Assembly (NCBI GenBank): GCA_003707115.1
Contig: PPNB01000003.1
Coordinates: 434,001 to 498,000, forward strand
Direction: 5' to 3'
Source of the DNA: Tortispora ganteri
Taxonomy: Eukaryota
Length of the DNA: 64,000 bases
The notes under the pieces are model-generated. The model did not search any database and was not told where the DNA came from. It saw nothing but the letters and a program-made list of their open reading frames with translations. This document shows, in pieces, positions 1 to 12,500 of this stretch. The first letter of the stretch is position 1, and every line of letters begins with the position of its first letter. A program made the position numbers and the translations under genes.

Positions 1-3000
1 ACTTATAGGTGTCAAACTTGCGCCGTCGACGAAACATGTGCTCTGTGTTCCTACTGTTTCAATCCTGACGACCATATTGGGCATGCCGTCTCTATTAATA
101 CTTCACTAAAGGAAACTGGTGGTGTTTGTGATTGTGGCGATCCCGAGGCATGGACTAAACCTCTCAATTGCAAATCGGCGAAGAAGATACCTCCCTCGGC
201 CCCTATACCTAATGATCTCCTCACTTATATTTCAGTTACTATTGGCGTTGCTTTAGATTATGTTCTTGACGTAATAGTATCTTCTCCTCAACCTGGGAAA
301 AATATGGATCTCGGTACTATCTTATCGGACGACGTTGCGTCTGTTCTTGACCCTAACGTCTATGGCCACCAAGACGTTCCAACTCATGACATGCATTCCC
401 TCGTATTATGGAACGACGAAAAGCATTCTTTCCAAGATGTTATAAACCGTGTCACGGCTGCAACTAAGCGACGGACAGAATTTGGCGTACAGGTAGCAAC
501 TACCGTTAATGACATCGGTCGTATGATCGTCATGTCGTCCTCCAGTTTCGACAAGCTCAGTGACGCGAGAGCCATCTTCAATATGATCTCCCTCGCTACC
601 ACTATTAGAGCTCGTCGTGATATATACCGCGAGGAAATGGCTTTCGTTATTATAAAGTGGCTTCATGATTTAGCTGCTTCTCCTCTTAACGGTAATTATT
701 TTGTCTTAAGATCTCTTATTTCTACATCCCTTCTATGCCCCTGGAGACCAGGCTCTATGCGCTGCCGCCGTACTAGACTGGCCCCTCCTCTGATACCTGA
801 TGACTTACTGATGGATTCTAGTGATGACTCTGAAGATAATACTTTTGTGCCACCTCGCCCAGTAAACCGCCATCCTTCGTCTAGCTCGAATCTAACTAGT
901 GGCCCAGACTCGCAGCCAGAATCTTTTGATTTTCCAAAGCAACAGCAAATTGTAAGTTTAGAGCCTCTTTCAGCGGTATCTGGAATTGCTATGCACGTTG
1001 AACCGGAATGCCGGCTCGATTTCCTTTTCCTTTTTGATGTGCGACTCTGGAAGCAATTTCGCCAAAGCTTATCTGAGCTTTACATATCAACTTTGGGCTT
1101 AGACACAGATTCTAAGGCTGCTCTAGCTGATAGATTTACTAAGTTGTATCCTGATCTTCTCCAGATATATTTAGTTGTGGATCGCGAGCCAGATTATTCT
1201 GTTTTATCTCTTTCAACTCAACTCTTTACTACGCCGACTATTGCTAGTCATATAGTATCCAGCGGAATGTTTTGCAATTTTCTGGTTTTATTGTATAATT
1301 TTTGCAGTTCGGGCAAAATTAGTACCTCAGAGAGATTAATGAAGCCAGGCGCAATATTGGATATAAAAGCATTAAGGAATAGAAGATTTGGACAAGTTTT
1401 TCATGATGTTGAATATATATTGACTCGGAACTCCAAAAATGTTTATTTGGTCACAGACAAACATTGTCTTAAACTCTGCACACAACTTTTGCTTTTATTC
1501 CAAGGTGCTCACCCTGTGGTTAGAGAAAAAGAGAAACATATTGAATACGAATCCGACCAGTGGGTTATATTCTTTAATTTGATGCCTCCCTTACTGCATC
1601 TTTCTCATTGTGTATCGAATGGAATGCGCGAGATTTCTCTGAAAGAAAAAATTGCGGTAATACGTTTTGCATACTCGTTCATAGCATACTGGTTAACGAA
1701 TGATCAAGATAGCACTTTGGCTGAACAAAAGGCGTCTATCCATAACTTCGCCCATTTATCTGCAGGTGCGGCCTGCAATAGTTATCATATTGTTCAGTAT
1801 AAAGTCGATTCGGAAGCGATTAGTTTTCATCATCCTGCTCATGCGTTCCTATCTTGGTTGATTCAGGAAGCGCGTTTACCTTCACCTAGCGTTTTGCTCC
1901 AGTGCTTGACATATGACGAGAATGTAATTCAATCCCCATTACCTTCTTCTTTTACTGTACCATTACTCAGACTTCTCGTTTTGGATTATCCTTTGCGCGT
2001 ATTGGTTTTCTTAGCTCAAATTCGAACTGGTCTCTGGGTAAGAAACGGGTATTCTATAAGAACCCAGCACCATCACTATAGAGAAGTGACTTTACGAGAA
2101 ATGTCGTTTTCTAGGGATGTATTTATGGTACAATGCTTCATGGCTGCATGCTCACCTTCTGAAGTTGCCCTGACCTTCCTCGATAGATGGGAACTGATGC
2201 CCTTTGTTCTAAGCTGCGGAAAAAGGGATTCGTTAGGCTTACAGTCAACCGTATATGATGCTAGTCAGTTACCTTATATTTTGGACGAATTCCTACATTC
2301 ATTAATATTTTTGGTCTGTGAGAGGACCAATTTACTTGGACTTGATGAAGAATCTACTAAAATTCGTCTCATAGAAAGTGAAATTATTCAATCACTATGT
2401 TTCGGGCCTAACACATTCTCCGAGTTTGTTAAGCGTATTCCTGACTCTCTCATTGGAGACGGCAGCTTTGACCGAATACTTGAAACGGTGAGCTATGTTA
2501 AGCCTACTCAGGGAGCCAATGATAAAAGGCTGTATTGTTTGAAGCCTGAGTATTTCGATAAAGCCAGTCCTTTTTACATTCACTATTCTCCCTTTCAAAG
2601 GGAAGAAGCTGATCAAGCTATCAAGAAGGGAATAGCAGAATATACGGGTAAATCAGCGGACTCTGTTATTATTGAACCGAAGCTAGAGAATTTGAATGGC
2701 ACTGCTTATGAAAAATTCCATATGTTTTTACAAACTCAGGAAATGGCTAATTTTATCTACTCTGTTCTAGCCTACGTTGTGAGAGATGGAGGGGTTATTG
2801 AAGATAAATTAGATGCAACTTTCAATGCTGCCCTTCATGTGTGCCATATTGCTTTGGTTTGTGCTCAAAGTTGTCTGGATGAACAGACTACTGAAAACTT
2901 TGCGCTATTGTCATGCACTGCCATTAGTAAAGATACTGAGTGGGCCTCTATTTTTGACATATTACATGCTGTGGTATCGAATAGCAAAAACTCACAGTGG

Positions 3001-5601
3001 ATAGTGAAGATTAACAGACTGCTTGACTTGATCCGTCAATGCGCTCCAAAATCTATTGCAGAATGTGAAGATAAATACGCAGTGCAGCCCGATGTATCTG
3101 TGGATTCAGAGGATCCCGATGCTGAAGACTTTGAACAGAAAAGAAAGCGCATGGCAAAGGAACGTCAAATGAAAGCTATGGCTGATTTGGCACGTCAGCA
3201 AGCTGAATTTGCGAGTTCTAATATGATAGATTGGGATGATGAATCTGACATGGAAGACACTTATAATCCTGAAACTAGAGATGGTCAGGATATATTTCAA
3301 CAAGACGTTAAACCTTGGCAATTTCCTGTTGATCCATGTATTCTCTGTCGAAAGCCAGTGTCCGTTGGACAATTGTATGGATATGTGGGACTTATTACGG
3401 GAACCTCCTATTGCAGACGAACACCATTCAATAATGACTTTTGGATGAAACATGCTATTGAACGCGAAGAGGATTTTGACTGTGAAACACCATATGTGTT
3501 TGCAAAAGCTGATGCTGAATCTGTTGAAGCTTCAGGATTTCCACGTGATAAGATATCCAACAAAGAAGTGGCCGTAAGCTGCGGTCATATCTTGCATTAT
3601 GAATGTTATTCCGAATATTACAAGTCTACGAGAAATCGATCTCAGCAGATAAATCGAAACTATCCGGACAACTCTTCATTGAATCAATTTTTGTGTCCCT
3701 TATGCCAGTCTTTGAATAACATGTTTTTCCCTGTTTTTTGGAGCAACATATATACGACTTTTGAATCTTTGCTGAACACAGAACCGGATCTTGAAAACTG
3801 GATCTCTTCTTCCAGAGGTCAAGTTCGCGAACTAATCCGCTCCTTGGTACCTGAAATTGATAATTCTGGGCTGGATTTGTTTGAGAATATCAATTTGAAT
3901 TTTGAAAGAAATTTGCAATCTGTGCTTGAGGACAAGCACATTTATGATCCTCAGAACGTGGATAATGAGAACCATGTTGAAGAGAATGAAGAGAACTTGC
4001 AGACTGGTTTATCGTTACCACTTGGCCGCGAGAACATTTCTTCCTTGCTTATTAATAAGTTGCTCACAATTACAGACACATTTCTTTATACTGGTGTTCC
4101 TACCGGATGGACTTCAAGCCTGAAGAATTTTGATTCCAAAAAACTTTTGAATGGTTGGGGTGATATATATCTTCACACTATAGCCAGCCTTGATGTATCT
4201 CTGCGGGACAATAATCGAGACTCTGGAACCAGCCTCTTGGACCAGATAAATGACCAATCTTACACACTAATCAGAACTCTTCGTCAATCCTGTATTACAG
4301 TGTTGCACGCGCAATATAAAGATGCTGCTAGGCACGATGACAGTATGCGGAGTCAAGCTTATACCACGTTTGATAAGGGTGGATTTGAGGATGTCAATTC
4401 TTCACATATTCCTATTATACGCTTACTAATTCTTTTATTTCCTGAACATAAAACGAGTCTAGTGAGCTCTGCTTCATCATTTGCATCCCGCAATCAGATA
4501 GTGCAGAATATGCTAAAAGAGGATTCATTTAGTACGTTGACTTATAGCTCAATATATCTTGTCGGGGTCTTAAAGATGGATTATCATTCCATATTATCTT
4601 TGTGCTATTTTAATGAGATATTGCGTGTCATTTTATGGTACAGCCTTTCTTTCATTTCAGATTCACGCCCTAATATTGACTCTGTTGATGTACCTTCCAA
4701 ATTTTGTGACAATGTCGATGAACTTGGCGACATAAGGACATTTCTTGGTTTATTTCGCTCTCAGTGTCCTAATATACGAAATGGCATTGATGAAGCTACA
4801 GCCAGACCTGAAATTGTAAATGCTATGCTGTATCGCTGTACTACTGCGTTTTTACGGAAAGCTGCTATTCTTACCGCTAGTATCGGGGCTGCTGGAATGG
4901 AAGACATTAGAGCGGGTGATGGTGATGAACGTCAGCGATTATGTACTTTGTTAAATCTTCCTTCATATAATACCATTATTAGGGAGATTAATAAACATTT
5001 TACCGGAACAACTGTTGATCACTTTTATAAGGCTCTTAGTGACAGGTTTGTGGTATGGTTGGATGACCTTATACCAGATTTTAGAGGCTCAATTAAAACT
5101 ATAATGGAGACGCGCAACGCTGATGACCTTCCCTATTTTGGAGTTCATGATACACTTGCATTACCTGAATTTTTGCATGACCTTGTCAAGATAATTATGA
5201 CCAAGGAATGTAAAAATTGTGGTAAGCAGCCGTATGATCCAGGTATATGCTTATTTTGTGGTTCTATAGTATGCTTCAATAGCTTTTGCTGCTTAGAAGG
5301 TGGAGAAGGAGAGTGTATGCAGCATATCAGAACATGTGGACGTGATGTTGGTATTTACTTGATTGTGAAGCGTTGCTCATTACTATTTTTGCGGAAGAAT
5401 CAAGGTACATTTGCAATTGCGCCATATTTTGACGTGCACGGCGAGACCGATCAGAATATGCGCTGGGGTCGTCCTCATTACTTGTCTCCGACAAAATACA
5501 AATCAATGGTTCGTGATGCATGGCTGAAGAATCAGATAGGAAATGTCATTGCGCGAAAATTGGAACTAGTTCTTGATACAGGAGGGTGGAATACTTTATA
5601 A
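1..5601 (+). CDS. UBR1: N-end rule E3 ubiquitin ligase (N-recognin), 5'-partial
   Basis: Frame is open from base 1 and reads TYRCQTCAVDETCALC...HIGH...GGVCDCGDPEAW (UBR box). It continues through a ClpS-like region (LWNDEKHSFQDVI), a RING-H2 (CILC...CGHILHYEC...FLCPLC) and the C-terminal Cys-rich domain (CLFCG, PYFDVHGETD). The true start is upstream of the window, so 304 is an internal Met. Confidence 0.95.
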   Translation, partial: TYRCQTCAVDETCALCSYCFNPDDHIGHAVSINTSLKETGGVCDCGDPEAWTKPLNCKSAKKIPPSAPIPNDLLTYISVTIGVALDYVLDVIVSSPQPGKNMDLGTILSDDVASVLDPNVYGHQDVPTHDMHSLVLWNDEKHSFQDVINRVTAATKRRTEFGVQVATTVNDIGRMIVMSSSSFDKLSDARAIFNMISLATTIRARRDIYREEMAFVIIKWLHDLAASPLNGNYFVLRSLISTSLLCPWRPGSMRCRRTRLAPPLIPDDLLMDSSDDSEDNTFVPPRPVNRHPSSSSNLTSGPDSQPESFDFPKQQQIVSLEPLSAVSGIAMHVEPECRLDFLFLFDVRLWKQFRQSLSELYISTLGLDTDSKAALADRFTKLYPDLLQIYLVVDREPDYSVLSLSTQLFTTPTIASHIVSSGMFCNFLVLLYNFCSSGKISTSERLMKPGAILDIKALRNRRFGQVFHDVEYILTRNSKNVYLVTDKHCLKLCTQLLLLFQGAHPVVREKEKHIEYESDQWVIFFNLMPPLLHLSHCVSNGMREISLKEKIAVIRFAYSFIAYWLTNDQDSTLAEQKASIHNFAHLSAGAACNSYHIVQYKVDSEAISFHHPAHAFLSWLIQEARLPSPSVLLQCLTYDENVIQSPLPSSFTVPLLRLLVLDYPLRVLVFLAQIRTGLWVRNGYSIRTQHHHYREVTLREMSFSRDVFMVQCFMAACSPSEVALTFLDRWELMPFVLSCGKRDSLGLQSTVYDASQLPYILDEFLHSLIFLVCERTNLLGLDEESTKIRLIESEIIQSLCFGPNTFSEFVKRIPDSLIGDGSFDRILETVSYVKPTQGANDKRLYCLKPEYFDKASPFYIHYSPFQREEADQAIKKGIAEYTGKSADSVIIEPKLENLNGTAYEKFHMFLQTQEMANFIYSVLAYVVRDGGVIEDKLDATFNAALHVCHIALVCAQSCLDEQTTENFALLSCTAISKDTEWASIFDILHAVVSNSKNSQWIVKINRLLDLIRQCAPKSIAECEDKYAVQPDVSVDSEDPDAEDFEQKRKRMAKERQMKAMADLARQQAEFASSNMIDWDDESDMEDTYNPETRDGQDIFQQDVKPWQFPVDPCILCRKPVSVGQLYGYVGLITGTSYCRRTPFNNDFWMKHAIEREEDFDCETPYVFAKADAESVEASGFPRDKISNKEVAVSCGHILHYECYSEYYKSTRNRSQQINRNYPDNSSLNQFLCPLCQSLNNMFFPVFWSNIYTTFESLLNTEPDLENWISSSRGQVRELIRSLVPEIDNSGLDLFENINLNFERNLQSVLEDKHIYDPQNVDNENHVEENEENLQTGLSLPLGRENISSLLINKLLTITDTFLYTGVPTGWTSSLKNFDSKKLLNGWGDIYLHTIASLDVSLRDNNRDSGTSLLDQINDQSYTLIRTLRQSCITVLHAQYKDAARHDDSMRSQAYTTFDKGGFEDVNSSHIPIIRLLILLFPEHKTSLVSSASSFASRNQIVQNMLKEDSFSTLTYSSIYLVGVLKMDYHSILSLCYFNEILRVILWYSLSFISDSRPNIDSVDVPSKFCDNVDELGDIRTFLGLFRSQCPNIRNGIDEATARPEIVNAMLYRCTTAFLRKAAILTASIGAAGMEDIRAGDGDERQRLCTLLNLPSYNTIIREINKHFTGTTVDHFYKALSDRFVVWLDDLIPDFRGSIKTIMETRNADDLPYFGVHDTLALPEFLHDLVKIIMTKECKNCGKQPYDPGICLFCGSIVCFNSFCCLEGGEGECMQHIRTCGRDVGIYLIVKRCSLLFLRKNQGTFAIAPYFDVHGETDQNMRWGRPHYLSPTKYKSMVRDAWLKNQIGNVIARKLELVLDTGGWNTL

Positions 5602-5733
5602 CATTTTATACCTTTGTGAGATATGAGTAGCGGAAATTATTTAAGTCAGAACACTGCAAAAAAAAAAAAATTGATATTTCAAGGACCTATGGTTTTGGTA
5701 ATTACGCCACAGGAAATATTATGATAGTGGCAC

Positions 5734-6894
5734 TCAGTTCATAGAAATGTTAGAGTTCTTCATAGCATCAGTAACTGATGCTATGTCCTGAGTAGATTCA
5801 GTTTTCGGTACTTTCTTAGATTTTTTGACTTTTTTCTCCTTAGTAGGAGGAGGAGGATATGCTCTGTTTGTCAATTCAGCAAACGAAGAGTCTTCTTGGA
5901 GTGCGTTTCTGATGGGGTCGAGAATGGTTTGAAGAGTCTCAAGAACACCGAGCTTCAAGTCCTGTGGAGAAAGATTTTGCTGTGCAAAGTCATCTTTCAA
6001 GGCTTCAAATGAAGTATAGGTGATAGGACCACCCCACTTGTCCGGTCTATTGATGCGGAAGTTTGGGTTGGAAGGATCCTTCAATTTCGACACGGGGAAG
6101 AAGACGTACTCGCAAAGAGCTAGTAATCCATTGTTTTCAACCTCCCCTGGAGAACAGTAGGCTGAGTTTATTTTCTTCTTGACTGCTGACGGTTCATCTA
6201 GGAAATCTATCTTGGAGTTTGCATCAGAGGATGACATTTTTCCACCAGGGGTCAGGCCTGGTGCCAAGAAATTCATAAGGTGAGCTCGCTTTTTGTAACC
6301 AATTTTCGGGAGGAATTCTTCAGCCAATACAAATATTTTTCGCTGATCCACGCCACCGAACTGAGCGTCAACATCCAAATAATGTTCATCGAGAGCTTGC
6401 ATGAGAGGGTAAATGAGACCAGATACAAGAGGAGATTCAACTTGCTTTACCACATCAGCGCCAGCACGTTTAGCATCATTCTGTGTGCATACGTTACACA
6501 TTTTAAAAATATCCATAGTGTACTCTGAAGTTGTTTGATAAGAAGAACCTTTGACAAAAGTAAGGCGATCTATAGGGCAACCGAGGGAAACGAGTACGGT
6601 TTTAATGAGTCTTTCGTAATATTCAGAACGATACTCTACAAGCTCAAGAGGAGCCTTCATATTGTCTAAAAACGCATGAAGATCTGCCATTAATACGGTA
6701 ACATTGCAACCAGCTTGCAAAAACTGCAGAATCTTTATTAAGGGAATGAGATAACCGCAATGGGGTTTGCCTGTAGGCGCCGTACCCCAATAAAGCTTTA
6801 AGTCCCTTTCCTGCAGCACATCCTTAATAATTTGCACATTCAAGACTTCTTGAAGATTTTCGGTGATGAGTTGAAGTTTTTCTTCAGGAGTCAT
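5734..6894 (-). CDS. TYS1: Cytoplasmic tyrosyl-tRNA synthetase
   Basis: YWGTAPTGKPHCGY (HIGH-like), QFGGVDQRKIF and KMSSS motifs. Confidence 0.97.
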   Translation of the reverse strand: MTPEEKLQLITENLQEVLNVQIIKDVLQERDLKLYWGTAPTGKPHCGYLIPLIKILQFLQAGCNVTVLMADLHAFLDNMKAPLELVEYRSEYYERLIKTVLVSLGCPIDRLTFVKGSSYQTTSEYTMDIFKMCNVCTQNDAKRAGADVVKQVESPLVSGLIYPLMQALDEHYLDVDAQFGGVDQRKIFVLAEEFLPKIGYKKRAHLMNFLAPGLTPGGKMSSSDANSKIDFLDEPSAVKKKINSAYCSPGEVENNGLLALCEYVFFPVSKLKDPSNPNFRINRPDKWGGPITYTSFEALKDDFAQQNLSPQDLKLGVLETLQTILDPIRNALQEDSSFAELTNRAYPPPPTKEKKVKKSKKVPKTESTQDIASVTDAMKNSNISMN

Positions 6895-7036
6895 TTGTGA
6901 AAATGTAAAGTTTTTGCGCTCTTCTTAACGGTTAACTGTAAAATAGTGAACGGATTTAGTCAACGACGGAAGTGTAATAAGTACAATCTATTTTAAAGTT
7001 TATTCACGATCCGAATAAGTACATGCGGCTCTCTCA

Positions 7037-8725
7037 TTAATATAAAGCGTAGGATTTTGAAGGAGTATCAGCATATAAAAGTTGTGCCCAAACTTCTTCC
7101 AAGAAACCGATTATATATTTTGACTTATTATGGCGAAATTTCTCCTGCATAATCATTTGCGTGTGGTAGGATATTGTGTCACTGTGAATATGTAAGAACT
7201 TCATAGAGGGCATGCTTATGAATGGCTTTAAGTACGATTCAGGTAGATCGAAGTAAGATATAATAAAGCATTCGAGGTTCAGATCTCGAAGCGTATAAAA
7301 GTTGGTTTGCAATAATCGAGAATCACTTATGAAGAAGTCTCTGAAATCTGGAGATCGTATGCACTGTTTCAGTATGGAATCATAATAGATGGGATTTTCA
7401 TCACCTTCCAGAACGAATCTCACCGCTTTTACTTTAGGGAACGATTGAGTCAATATAATAGCACACCTTTGTACACTAAGGAACACCAAATTAGGTGCGC
7501 TAACATTCCAATGGATTTCTGAAACCATATTCAACCCGCAGCTTGACATTATTAGTGTGTTCAGCCTCGGAAATTCACAATCCGTAAACATTGAACATCC
7601 ATGCAGAGAGAGTACGTTGAGTTTTGGCAAAATAGGCTTGGACTTCGATGTCATATGAAAGTTTTTCATCTCAAGAAATTCCAGGTTCGGAAATTTATTT
7701 AGCACATTCATATCCACAGCGCAATCCTTAGTATTTGTAAGTGACAGTTCGTTGTATCCTGGATAGTGTAAGATAAGCCTTCTCAACGATTGAAAAGTAT
7801 TAGGAGGAAATTGACTAAGTGTTTGCAAATTAAACATAGTCGTCATTAGTTTAAGGTGTAGCTTCTCTAACGCTATTCCAGAATTGCGCGAGGCAAGCAT
7901 TAACGTATTGCACATATCAAGGGATCCAACAAATGAAACTAAATTTGGGAAGAGATCATAGGACGATTTACCACTTGTTATAATGAAAGACACTTGGTGC
8001 TGCAAATTGAGCGATAATAGTTGTCTGGAATCAACATTGAGGTCTTCCAAAAACTTTGACAGTATAAAATTGTAAGTTTTAGTGTCTTTAGAATCTGAAG
8101 TGAACTCAAGATGCTTGAGCTTTGCTGAGTACAAGTGACTTAGATTGCGTCCATTTATAGAACGGCTATGATCGAAATTGTAGCTCAATTTTGTCCAGAG
8201 AAAGGAAGTACGGTCCACTAAGTTTCGCCATCTCTGCGAAACTAACCGGCAAGAATACAGGGACTGTTTGTCCAGCATATTAAAGATCAGTCTCACTACT
8301 TCGGTAGGAATCTTCTGTAAAGGGTCAACTATATATAAACCAAATTCATCGTAGAGTAGCTTGAACTTGACTCCATACTGAGGGTCATCCAGCAAAGCAG
8401 GATTACGACTCAGGTAAGTCACTGCATCTGATGTTCGGTTAAGAGCAACTAATGACATAATATATATGTAAGAGAGTTCGCTATTCCATTTACTTTGGAT
8501 ACGAGAAAGCCTAATTATTGCCTGTGAATAGTGCTTTTGTTTCCAATGAGATCTTATAAGTCCTGTATCTATCTTAATCAATTGTTCAGAGTTTCTGCAA
8601 ATTGTTTTAGCCATGTTATATGCTTCTATAGCGCAATAATACTTCTTCTTCTTATAGTGTAATTCGGCTTCAGAAATCTTCCTTGACACTATAATATTTT
8701 GCTTAGAGTTACGACTGTCTTGCAT
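7037..8725 (-). CDS. TPR + F-box + LRR-like SCF substrate adaptor (Dia2/Pof3-like)
   Basis: N-terminal TPR-like helices (KKKYYCAIEAYNMA), F-box DPLQKIPTEVVRLIFNMLD...CRLVSQRWR and LRR-like repeats (FPNLEFLEM, LPKLNVLSL, APNLVFLSV). The ORF track starts at TTG 8770 and the first ATG is 8725, so the start is uncertain. Confidence 0.8.
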   Translation of the reverse strand: MQDSRNSKQNIIVSRKISEAELHYKKKKYYCAIEAYNMAKTICRNSEQLIKIDTGLIRSHWKQKHYSQAIIRLSRIQSKWNSELSYIYIMSLVALNRTSDAVTYLSRNPALLDDPQYGVKFKLLYDEFGLYIVDPLQKIPTEVVRLIFNMLDKQSLYSCRLVSQRWRNLVDRTSFLWTKLSYNFDHSRSINGRNLSHLYSAKLKHLEFTSDSKDTKTYNFILSKFLEDLNVDSRQLLSLNLQHQVSFIITSGKSSYDLFPNLVSFVGSLDMCNTLMLASRNSGIALEKLHLKLMTTMFNLQTLSQFPPNTFQSLRRLILHYPGYNELSLTNTKDCAVDMNVLNKFPNLEFLEMKNFHMTSKSKPILPKLNVLSLHGCSMFTDCEFPRLNTLIMSSCGLNMVSEIHWNVSAPNLVFLSVQRCAIILTQSFPKVKAVRFVLEGDENPIYYDSILKQCIRSPDFRDFFISDSRLLQTNFYTLRDLNLECFIISYFDLPESYLKPFISMPSMKFLHIHSDTISYHTQMIMQEKFRHNKSKYIIGFLEEVWAQLLYADTPSKSYALY

Positions 8726-9585
8726 TTTGGCGTCGATATTTAGGATATGTTGTACTCCATCAACATTCAAGAGTCAATCGGGAGCTCTTGTAAATATAAG
8801 TTTCACCCAGCCATATCTTATACTTCCATCCCATAACATAATATCCAGGATACTCACTGTATCGTGACTATCTAACATTCTAGATGGTTTTGCTTCGTAC
8901 TATTAAACCCAAGCTACAATGGAAGGTTGAGTCAAGCACATTTGGTGCTTGTTACGTCATTATTTCTGCTATATTTGTATGGTTAGTTACCCGAATCAAT
9001 ATATTATAATAAGAACAATACTGTGACAAGTTCTGGGAAATTGGAACTTTGGCAATGCTTTTTGATTGAAATCGCAAATTACTTCAAACTATGATAAAAG
9101 ACTCTTCTCAAACCAGCAAAACGATTGCAACTGGTAAGGAAAAGAGAAAAATCAAAAATGATAGTCTTATATAACAAATGAAGATTAAAATTGACTTATA
9201 TAGAAAAACATGATTTCTGCCAAGTTGAAACTTTATTCCAGTTTGCATCAGCTGAGCAGTTGAATTGTGCATTTGGCCAGCTCACTCTTTTGAGTGCTAC
9301 GACAGATTATTCGATAAGTACAGAAAGAAAATGTGCCATTTATTTTCAATTTGATATCTTATCCGTATCTATGCAAATTATTGCGCTATTTCGACTAATC
9401 GCTGCTAAATACAAATCAGAAACTATGAACATGTGAATACCATTGAAACCCCTTACCCCAAACCAATCAAAACGGTTAATTCTCCACGAAGTAACACCCA
9501 GCATCCAACGGAAATATCATAAATCGAGGCGAATATACCGGTGTTTCTTTTGAATATTGATGTATAATAGTTTAAACCTGTATCA

Positions 9586-12500
9586 ATGTCTTATTCGAAG
9601 GACAAAAATCACAAACAACCTGATATAAGGAGAAATTCAGAACTTTCTGCTTCGGATCCTTTGAATCCTGGTACATTATCTGGACGATCTTCTGTAAACG
9701 GTACCAATGACTCAGACCTGCAGGCTTACCTCTCTTCTTCGAAAGTGGAAGAAATATCTCCATTTATGTATCAATCTCCTCCTATGAATGTTGTTATACC
9801 CTCTCATGCTAGGCGTATATCAGTTTCGCACCATGTTGATACTCGCACAGCCTCCCGGTCCGACGGTTCTAATGATAGTAATGGTACAAGACGCATACCT
9901 TCAATAGAACTCAGCCCAAAATCTGTCACCTCTACAACCAAAAGTTCACGTTCAGGCAAGCGCTCCTTCTTTGACAAAATTATCCCTCGAAAGTCATCTG
10001 TCCTGCCTTCATCTGAATCTCGAAACAATAATCATAATAGCGGCGGTACTAGTGCTAACAACACCAGTAACATTAGCAGCAGTAGCAACTCCGAATCGCA
10101 TCACCATAGGCGAGGTGCTGTGCAACAGTCAGCGCAGAAAATCTCCTCCGGTATTTATGCATTCAATGATTTAATACACCCACCTGATAGCCTTCTCTCT
10201 GCTGGACATCGGACATTCATTGGCTCTCATTTGCACACACCAAGCCGCAGTTCTGCTTCTGTATCTCGACATTCTCTCAATAACAATGCACACAGTCTGA
10301 CAAAAGATGGAAAAGATACCCCATCTAATTCTACTCTTTTTGATCTCGATACAGACATGTCAAGGATGACCGGAATTGTAAGCTCAGAGCTGTCCAGCGA
10401 ATCCCCTGCGCAGAACTACCTTCCTAGCGGATGGGAAGCTCCTGAATCATGGGGTGTTCAAAAAGTACTTGATAGTGAACCATCACAAAAGCGTGACACA
10501 TCTCACATGGAAATTACAACCGGAGTATCACCTGACTCGATAAAACGGATTCGCGTATTTAGGCCCGATCACACTTTCTCAACAATTTCTTGCCCAATGG
10601 GTATAACCACATCAGAACTGCTTTCTGTCTTGGCCAAAAAATTTTTTTTGCCTACAGTAGCCAACCATGTCCTTGGATTGCGAGTCGCTGGTCGCACAAA
10701 GGTCCTGCGCTCGGATGACCGCCCGCTTTACACTTTATTCAAAATTCTTCTGGAATGGGGATATACCGTGAAGGATAACTTCGGAGAAATTGGGTCCAAT
10801 GATATAAACTATCTTTCGCAGTTTGTTGTCTACGCTATAGGTGAGTCTGTACAGACATTCTATCGCGAATTCAGACCTGTCAACGGTTATAGCAATGTAT
10901 CTATTCGACGGCTCGATTTGCAGAACATCCCTGTTGTATTATTTGCACACGGATCTGAAATTAGGTCTCTGGATGTTTCCATGAATTTATCGCTTAATAT
11001 CCCATCTGATTTTATTCAAACATGCACAAATTTGAAGCGCCTGATTTATCGTGATAACAAGAATGAGAATTTTCCCAAGAAGCTTTGCAATATACCAAAA
11101 TTGATGCACCTTGATCTTTGCGGCAACTTAATTCAAAATTTGGATGATGTTCCGTTTGAGTCTGTTTCGCAGCTTGATACTTTGATATTGCAGAATAATC
11201 CTCTGAAGGAGTTACCAGATAATTTACTTTCTTTAAGCAGTTTACGATGCTTAAATGTTGCAACTTGTAATTTCACTTTTTTTCCTATGGTGATTTGCGG
11301 GCTCCATTCTTTGAATGAATTGGACATATCATTCAATGAGATAACAGTTATACCTGAGGGAATCGGTGAGCTGAAAAACCTTACTAAACTAGTTTTAGCA
11401 CACAACAAGCTATCTAGGCCATTCCCTCGCTCTATGAACAATCTTGTTAATTTGCGTGAGCTGGACTTGCGCTATAATAACCTTCATGACGCATCATGGG
11501 CAACATTATTACTCTCTCTGGAAATTCTTCGCTTAGAGCACAACAGCATATCTTCTTTCAACTATTCTATTCCTTCACTGAAGATACTATATTTGGACTA
11601 TAACCCGCTTACGCACTTCAATTTACCTCAACCACATCCATTTTTAGAGGAGTTATCGATCCAACGCGCAATGCTTTCAGACTTACCAGAAGACTGTTTT
11701 AAGAACATGCCAGACCTGAAGAAACTTGTTCTCGATAGAAACGAGTTAGTATCACTACCTACACAGCTTTACACACTATCGAAGCTTACCCATCTTAGTC
11801 TGAAATGGAATCGAATACAAGAACTGTCACCTGGTATTTCGAGTTTTACAGAACTTCAGATTTTGGAAGTGCAATGCAACAATATCCGGGAATTGCCACA
11901 GGAAATTTGGAAATGCTCATCCATGAATTATTTGAATGCTTCTTCAAATCTATTAGAGTTCTTCCCGAAATGCCCTGAAAGGCTATCGATAACCGCTAAA
12001 CCCGTTAATAGCTTGATCATCGATGAAAGTTCTACCAACGAACCAGCATTTACAAAAAAGAAACTCTCCATTTCGTCCACTTCTTATGCTGGATCGGACA
12101 GCGCAGAAAGCTCAACAGGTGAAGAGAGAGGTTCATTTTCTGTTAATTCATTGAAAAGACGAGTGTCTTCTTTTTCTGCTGCCTCTGTCCCAACGTCATA
12201 TTCATTAGCTTCTTCTCTCAGAAGTCTGATTCTGGCTGACAATCGTCTCAACGATGAATGTTTTGAGCAAATATTTCTGTTCCAGAATCTGACAGTGCTA
12301 AACTTATCTTATAATGATATTATGGAGATACCGTTTGGTGCACTTTCACGATTCAAGAAAGTTCAAGAGCTATATTTATCTCACACTGGTCTAACAGGTA
12401 GTCCAGGGGACGATTTGGAAACATTAGAAAACTTAAGAGTTTTGTATCTAAACGGAAACCGACTTCATACATTACCTGCTGAACTTGGAAAACTGCAAGA

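Noticed and set aside
9191..9436. 81-aa ORF upstream of CYR1
   Set aside because: TTG start, no recognisable motif and no clean splice path into CYR1.
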